Source of the DNA: Mobula hypostoma
Lineage: Eukaryota
Direction of reading: 5' to 3'
Length of the DNA stretch: 64,000 nucleotides
Assembly: GCF_963921235.1 (NCBI RefSeq)
Contig: NC_086097.1
Span: 112,594,001 to 112,658,000 of the forward strand
Shown: one piece after another, positions 63,055 to 64,000 of the stretch
Position numbering within the stretch: position 1 is the first letter of the stretch
Layout: every line of letters begins with the position of its first letter
Notes under the pieces: generated by a model
The model's database searches: none
Seen by the model: only the letters and a program-made list of their open reading frames with translations
What the model was told of the DNA's origin: nothing
Made by a program: the position numbers and the translations under genes

Positions 63055-64000
63055 ACATATATGAGCAAATTTGTTATCTTATTTTTCCAATTCTTCTGAA
63101 ATTTTAAATTCCCATTTTAGCACACTCTTATATAAAAATAACTTGCAGTGTTAATTCTGTAATTAATTACGTACCATTTCTCTCTTTCAAGCAGATAGTA
63201 TGCACACCACAAGATTAACAAATATCGCTCTCATACTTATTAAAACTGACAATTTGGGTACCCTTATTCAAATTAATTCAACATCTAAGGATTAACTGAG
63301 AAAATACAACTTTGTTTTTGCTTTAATTTTATTATTGTCCTCAAAAGAAAGCAAATATTTTGAGCAAAATGGTGCAGAAACAAGATTTGAATCTGTATGT
63401 AAAAATCTATAAAAATTCCATTCAAGATGTAAGTGAATAGCACAACAAAAAAAATTCAAAAACTATCTCTGATTTCAATATCATAAACTGTACAAAAACT
63501 TGATTTTCAACAAAGAAGTTTACTTTCAAATAGCATATTACTTCATGGATATGCTGCTTGTGATTTCATAATAATGGCATTGCAACTGCTAACAAAACAT
63601 TTTGCCATGTGTTACAATATTGATAGGGTGTTATATATACATTGGTATATGTGTATTTATATATATAATCTATGACATCTTTCTCAAAATTACTTTGAGA
63701 TTATATTCAATAATATGGTGTTTTATGATAGTGTTTGTAAGTTGAAGAAGAGTTTAACCCATAGTGAAACAGAAAAGTGACCCCTCCTGGGTCAGACAGT
63801 GTCACTTCAGAGTTTAGAATGTGCTCTGGTTTTTCATTTGCCTTCTACATTGGAAAAGCATCTATTAATGTCAACCTCATGAAATGTTATTTTTCAACTT
63901 TTTCAATAAACATTCAATGACACTAGTTTAAAGGACAACTGTGTGCTATTAATCAAGATGGCCCTTGTAGCATTGCTTGCTTAAATGCAATATAATTTAA

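Noticed and set aside
60368..64000. Next upstream RIMS2 exon (..ESVSEK)
   Set aside because: Not found by eye; presumably lies beyond the window

Overview
AT-rich vertebrate genomic DNA. The repeat content (CR1, Rex1/Babar, V-SINE-like SINEs, Penelope-derived palindromes, Tc1) looks like a cartilaginous fish, probably a ray; that is inferred, not shown. The whole window lies inside one minus-strand gene, RIMS2 (presynaptic active-zone scaffold RIM2). Nine coding exons were read by hand with GT/AG boundaries and compatible phases, covering the pre-PDZ linker, the PDZ domain and the start of C2A. They include a frame-enforced mutually exclusive pair (60300-60367 / 59985-60193) and a 48-nt symmetric cassette exon (11377-11424). 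The introns hold decayed LINEs, SINEs, Gypsy LTR elements and solo LTRs, a full-length IR/DR Tc1 element and hAT MITEs. Two findings stand out. (1) A family of ~175-240 bp hairpin retro-insertions, several with clear target-site duplications, carries a minimal hammerhead-ribozyme core in the hairpin loop; the clearest are at 38704-38898 and 62881-63054. (2) The 106-nt intron between the mutually exclusive exons has an architecture suggesting a steric branch-point mechanism plus RBFOX control. Most ORFs in the supplied track are spurious or repeat-derived. Family names for repeats come from motif recognition, not database searches.
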